In this document: positions 60,139 to 64,000 of the stretch, one piece after another
Numbering within the stretch: position 1 is the first letter of the stretch
Layout: each line of letters starts with the position of its first letter
NCBI GenBank assembly: GCA_964555355.1
Contig: CAZKRY010000016.1
Span: 28,542-92,541, forward strand
DNA length: 64,000 bases
Reading direction: 5' to 3'
Source: an uncultured Klebsiella sp.
GTDB lineage: Bacteria; Pseudomonadota; Gammaproteobacteria; Ga0077536
The notes under the pieces: generated by a model
Told to the model about the DNA's origin: nothing
Seen by the model: only the letters and a program-made list of their open reading frames with translations
Database searches by the model: none
Program-made: the position numbers and the translations under genes

Positions 60139-60747
60139 TTAACCGTTAGGTTGGAATGACTCCGCGTGTGTGAGTTCTTCGACCGTGTCGATATCTTGTA
60201 ATACCCCGCGCGTGTCGACGGGTAATACACGGGCACGATCGCCCGCCGCCTGCACGATGGCGCGCGCACCTTCATCACCGCGGAGCGCGACGAGTTGTGG
60301 CAACAATCGTCCGGCAAAGAGCACCGGGTGTCCCCGTTGTCCTTGATAGGCCGGCTGTAAAACGTCGATTGACTCGTCGGCTTCAAATGTCCCCTTTAGC
60401 GTCAAGAAAACCTGCGCTGAAACATCCGGCATGTCGCCAAGACAGACAAAGATCGCGTCCAGATCTTGGCGCATGGCGCGCGCACCGGCCGCTATCGAAC
60501 TGCCCATGCCGTGACTGGGATCGGGATTGACCGCGACGGTGAAACCGGCGCGCGCGAGCAGCTTGCGTTTGACATCATCCGCCGGACCGATGACGGCCAC
60601 GCGCTGCACCAACGAGACTGTGCTAATGACATCCGCCGCCCATTGCACCAGCGGCTTGCCGCGTAATTCATGTAACAACTTGTCACCTTGAACAAAGCGG
60701 CGCGCGAGGCCGGCGGCGAGCAAGATCGCGCCATACGCGCTAGCCAT
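60139..60747 (-). CDS. MocA-like molybdenum-cofactor cytidylyltransferase / nucleotidyltransferase family protein
   Basis: N-terminal GAILLAAGLARRF, the typical NTP-transferase P-loop-like start, and ~200 aa length. It is adjacent to xdhC. Confidence 0.55.
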   Translation of the reverse strand: MASAYGAILLAAGLARRFVQGDKLLHELRGKPLVQWAADVISTVSLVQRVAVIGPADDVKRKLLARAGFTVAVNPDPSHGMGSSIAAGARAMRQDLDAIFVCLGDMPDVSAQVFLTLKGTFEADESIDVLQPAYQGQRGHPVLFAGRLLPQLVALRGDEGARAIVQAAGDRARVLPVDTRGVLQDIDTVEELTHAESFQPNG

Positions 60748-61672
60748 GTTTTGCGTATTGCGTTTGCACGATTTGCGCGAGGATCGCGAGCGCGATTTCC
60801 GGCGGATTCTTGCCGCCGAGTTTAAGTCCGACCGGCGCATGCAGCCGCTTGATCTCAACATCGGTTAAGCCTATCTCGTGCAGTTGCACGAGACGCGCTT
60901 CGTGGGTGCGTTGGCTGCCCAAGGCGCCGATATAAAAACAACGCGACCGCAACGCCTGCACGAGAATTGGCGGCTCCCATTCGTGCTCATGAAACAACGA
61001 CACAAAAGCCGTCCACGGATCGAATTCGTCGTATTTGAACGATACCGGCGAAGCTAAATATTCCGCGCGCAGCGCGTGAGGCGCGGTGGCTTCGAGTGTT
61101 TCCGGCTCGGATGAAAACGCGATCACCTCGAAATCCGCGGCGCGCGCGAGCTGCGCCAAAATTGGCACCATTGGGCCTTTACCGGCTAATACCAACCGCG
61201 GCGCCGGTAGGAACGGGCGCGCACGCCAAGGTGTCGGCAACGCCTCCTGGGTAAGCGATACGTTCGACTTCAGGTCCGCGGGATTAAGCCAGAGGGTCGC
61301 GGGCGTGCGCGAGGCCTGCGCCTCCAACAAGGTGTTCAACGCCGCGTCGTTAAACGACACATCAAAGTACACATCGATTCCTGAGCCGCAGGGCAGACGA
61401 ATATCCATATACGGCGAACCCGCGCCGTAACGCACGCTACCGCAGGCGCCCTTGGCGATGCGCGTTTGCGCTTCGGCAACGATGGCGGCTTCCGCGCAGC
61501 CTCCGGTGATGTTTCCGACCGCTTTGCCGTTCTCGGCGATCGCCATTTGGCTGCCAATGGGACGCGGCGCGGAACCGTCGCTGGCGTAGAGCGTCACCAG
61601 CGCGGTGCGCAGCCCCTGCGCGCGCCATTCGCGCAGACTCGGAAGTACGCTTCGCACATAGATTGCCGGCAT
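60740..61672 (-). CDS. xdhC: XdhC/CoxI-family molybdoenzyme maturation factor
   Basis: 310-aa ORF with N- and C-terminal XdhC domain patterns, including the conserved Cys region (GNITGGCAEAAI). Confidence 0.7.
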   Translation of the reverse strand: MPAIYVRSVLPSLREWRAQGLRTALVTLYASDGSAPRPIGSQMAIAENGKAVGNITGGCAEAAIVAEAQTRIAKGACGSVRYGAGSPYMDIRLPCGSGIDVYFDVSFNDAALNTLLEAQASRTPATLWLNPADLKSNVSLTQEALPTPWRARPFLPAPRLVLAGKGPMVPILAQLARAADFEVIAFSSEPETLEATAPHALRAEYLASPVSFKYDEFDPWTAFVSLFHEHEWEPPILVQALRSRCFYIGALGSQRTHEARLVQLHEIGLTDVEIKRLHAPVGLKLGGKNPPEIALAILAQIVQTQYAKHG

Positions 61673-61705
61673 CGGAAAGTTTCGATCGTTAATTTGGTTG
61701 TTGCA

Positions 61706-62011
61706 TCATGGATCGCGGGTTTCGATGGTCTCGCGATCTATCCGGATGAAATCGCCCTCGATGACATCGCCGCGTGTCGCGGTGGACCGGTGCGCCATCG
61801 AGTCGCGCATCTGCCGTCGCAAATCACGCGTGCGCCACCACACGTAACCCCATGCGCCGAGCGCGAGGGTGATGATGACTGCAAACACGGCGAGCGAAAA
61901 CATAAATAGAACCACGCCGACGCCAACCGCGACGAGGGCGGACGCCACGCGACCGAGCCACCCCCATGATTGAGAGAGCTGAGAAGCGCGGTACGGCGGC
62001 AGCGATTGCAT
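61706..62011 (-). CDS. small membrane protein, hypothetical
   Basis: 101-aa ORF with one long hydrophobic stretch. It may not be a real gene. Confidence 0.3.
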   Translation of the reverse strand: MQSLPPYRASQLSQSWGWLGRVASALVAVGVGVVLFMFSLAVFAVIITLALGAWGYVWWRTRDLRRQMRDSMAHRSTATRGDVIEGDFIRIDRETIETRDP

Positions 62012-62124
62012 GCGCGCATTTTGAAGGATTACGCCGACGAATGCACCGCGCGCGACATCGCTGATTGAACTTCAGTCGCAAGCCGGCATATTCTCCGCGC
62101 GACGCCATCAGACTGGGGATACGC

Positions 62125-63678
62125 ATGCGCCTGCACGATTATTTGAACTATTGGTCACGGGTCGAGCCCAAGATGGATTTTGGCCAGTTCAAAGATCAAT
62201 CGATTAGCTATACCCAAGCGGAAGCGCGGGCTAATCGTTTTGCCAATGCGCTGATTGCGGCGGGGCTTGCGACGGGTGAGCGGGTCGCGATCCTCGCTAA
62301 AAACAGTTTGGATTACGTGCTGTTCTATTACGGCGCGTCTAAAGCAGGCATCGTACCGGTGCCGCTCAATTACCGCTTGGCGCCACCGGAATGGTCGTAC
62401 ATCGCCGCCGACGCCGGCGCCACCACACTGTTTGCCGGTAAAGAATTTTTAGCCCCGCTCGACTCAGTGCGCTCGGAGGTTCCCGCGCTTACGCGATGCA
62501 TTGCGTTAGAGGGCGCCCATCCCGGTTGGCAAACGTTGGAAGCGTTTCTAGGGGATGCATCCGAAGCCGCGCCGACACGATATGTCGCGGATGATGCGGA
62601 TCTCTATCAAATGTATACCAGCGGCACGACCGGTCGCCCCAAGGGTGCAATCCTGACGCAGCGCTCGCTGAGTTCCAATATTCATCAATCGACCCTGAAC
62701 GTCGCCGCAACGCGCGGCGAACGCGTATTGATCGTGGCGCCGATGTTTCACGCGGCCGCGGCCATCGTGCAATTCAACGCGGTTAAGGGCGGTGCATCGC
62801 TCGTCATTCACGAAGAATTCAACCCCGCGGAAGTGGTGCGCGCACTGGCCGAAGATAACATTGCGATGGCGCTGCTAGTGCCGGCGATGATTCAGTTCTG
62901 CCTAGCCATGCCGGATGTTGCCAAACGCCGCTACGACAATTTGCGGATCATTGGCTACGGTGCGTCCCCGATCGCCGAGCCGGTGCTGCGTCGGGCACTG
63001 GACGTCTTCGGCTGCGATTTCATGCAGGGCTACGGCATGACGGAAACGACCGCCGTGGTCACCAACCTGTTACCGGACGATCATCGACGCGCGCTGCAAG
63101 GCCAACCTCATCTATTACTGTCTTGCGGCAAGCCCATCCTCGGCACCGAGGTACGAATTGTCGATCCTGCCGGCAAAATACTACCGACGGGGCAGATGGG
63201 CGAAATTTGCGTGCGCGGGCCGCAACTCATGCGCGGCTACTGGAATCTACCCGAGGCCACGCGCGAAACCTTGCGCGACGGCTGGTTGCACACGGGTGAT
63301 GCCGGTTTCATGGACGAGGAGGGATACGTTTATATCCAAGATCGCGTCAAGGACATGATCGTCTCGGGAGGTGAGAATGTTTATCCACGCGAGATTGAAG
63401 AAGTGCTGATGACGCACGCGAGCGTCGCCGATGTCGCGGTGATCGGCGTGCCCGACGATCAATGGGGCGAAGTCGTCAAAGCCGTGGTGGTACTGAAGCC
63501 GGGCGCTGCCGAAGACGCGGAGAGTTTGCTCGCGCTCTGCCGTGGTAGGCTCGCCGGCTACAAATGTCCGCGTTCGGTGGACTTCATCGCGGCGCTGCCG
63601 AGAAACCCAACCGGCAAAGTGTTGAAAAAGGATTTGCGCGCGCCGTATTGGGTGGGGCGCAAGCGTGGCGTCAATTGA
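62125..63678 (+). CDS. AMP-dependent acyl-CoA synthetase (fatty-acid-CoA ligase)
   Basis: AMP-binding signature YTSGTTGRPKG, the downstream GYGMTE motif and the C-terminal PRNPTGKVLKKDLR motif. Start at the ATG at 62125. Confidence 0.85.
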   Translation: MRLHDYLNYWSRVEPKMDFGQFKDQSISYTQAEARANRFANALIAAGLATGERVAILAKNSLDYVLFYYGASKAGIVPVPLNYRLAPPEWSYIAADAGATTLFAGKEFLAPLDSVRSEVPALTRCIALEGAHPGWQTLEAFLGDASEAAPTRYVADDADLYQMYTSGTTGRPKGAILTQRSLSSNIHQSTLNVAATRGERVLIVAPMFHAAAAIVQFNAVKGGASLVIHEEFNPAEVVRALAEDNIAMALLVPAMIQFCLAMPDVAKRRYDNLRIIGYGASPIAEPVLRRALDVFGCDFMQGYGMTETTAVVTNLLPDDHRRALQGQPHLLLSCGKPILGTEVRIVDPAGKILPTGQMGEICVRGPQLMRGYWNLPEATRETLRDGWLHTGDAGFMDEEGYVYIQDRVKDMIVSGGENVYPREIEEVLMTHASVADVAVIGVPDDQWGEVVKAVVVLKPGAAEDAESLLALCRGRLAGYKCPRSVDFIAALPRNPTGKVLKKDLRAPYWVGRKRGVN

Positions 63679-63689
63679 TTAAGTAGGTA

Positions 63690-64000
63690 ACTTCATTCGG
63701 GCGAAGACCCTCACCCTACCCTCTCCCGCAAGCGGGAGAGGGGGACTCTTAAACGCTCTCCCGCTGGGAGAGAGGGAGCTCTTAAAAGCTCTCCTACTGG
63801 GAGAGGGGGGCTCTCAAAAGCTCTTCCACTGGGAGAGGGGGGGACTCTCAAAAGCTCTTCCACTGGGAGAGGGGGATTTGTAAAACCTCTTCCGCTAGGA
63901 GAAGGCGATTTGTAAAACCTCTCCCACCGGGAGAGGTCGGCGCGCAGCGCCGGGTGAGGGGCAGCGGGTCTACCCGCGTTGCATCGAGACAGTCTCCTTC
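63690..64000. repeat. tandem array of ~7 REP-like ~33-nt palindromic units (ctcttccactgggagaggggg....aaaag) ending in the conserved terminal unit
   Basis: Direct reading of the sequence. The period is ~33 nt and the units are hairpins. The terminal unit is identical to 5026-5070 except for one base. Confidence 0.75.

Noticed and set aside
1-64000. Mobile elements (transposase, integrase, phage genes) or tRNA/rRNA genes
   Set aside because: No ORF shows DDE, tyrosine-recombinase or serine-recombinase motifs. Intergenic spaces are short and lack tRNA-like T-loop/anticodon architecture. GC content and codon style appear uniform across the window.

Overview
High-GC (~65%) bacterial chromosomal segment, densely coding, with no rRNA, tRNA, CRISPR array, transposase or integrase recognised. 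All product assignments below rest on motif-level reading of the supplied translations, not on database searches. The six-frame ORF track evidently reports GTG/TTG starts as 'M', so several start coordinates have been trimmed to the most plausible internal start.

Main blocks, in order:
1. Acyl-CoA dehydrogenase (isovaleryl-CoA dehydrogenase-like), SurE nucleotidase and malate synthase G (1-5012).
2. A complete 8-gene N-methylglutamate (NMG) methylamine-utilisation cluster on the minus strand (5903-15301), in the order mgdABCD-gmaS-mgsABC, followed by a co-oriented PuuR-like XRE/cupin regulator whose start overlaps the mgsC stop.
3. A minus-strand operon of CoA-transferase, tandem-EthD protein, PNPOx-like protein and fatty-acid desaturase, next to an LLM-family oxidoreductase (16599-21147).
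4. A minus-strand operon of an unusual SAM-methyltransferase::Ddl-like ATP-grasp fusion, an SDR, an HAE3/MMPL RND exporter and a LolA-like protein (21977-27841).
5. Methylcrotonyl-CoA-carboxylase-like genes in which biotin carboxylase and BCCP are separate ORFs (28749-32357).
6. A secreted metzincin-like protease and a Ser/Thr kinase (33227-37005).
7. An apparently complete, translationally coupled futalosine-pathway menaquinone operon (mqnD-mqnB-rSAM-mqnA-rSAM plus a hydrolase, a lipoprotein and a periplasmic protein) with a candidate sigma-54 promoter (37020-44240).
8. A histidine kinase and NtrC-type sigma-54 activator pair, divergent from a porin-like gene (44469-49358).
9. The most unusual block: a tightly ATGA-coupled six-gene minus-strand operon (49351-56975) encoding a third MqnA/MqnD-family paralogue, a thioester-reductase::SCP2 protein, an MMPL exporter, a PaaK/F390-synthetase-like adenylating enzyme, a class-III aminotransferase and a DUF547 protein, again behind a candidate sigma-54 promoter. 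I read it as a possible uncharacterised acid -> aldehyde -> amine lipid or aromatic biosynthesis-and-export module.
10. A DedA::FAD-disulfide-oxidoreductase fusion, a LuxR response regulator, MocA/XdhC and an acyl-CoA synthetase (57193-63678).

Three intergenic loci carry tandem arrays of a ~33-nt palindromic REP-like unit (core ctctcccNNNNgggagag, terminal unit ...ggtcggcgcgyagcgccgggtgaggggcag).
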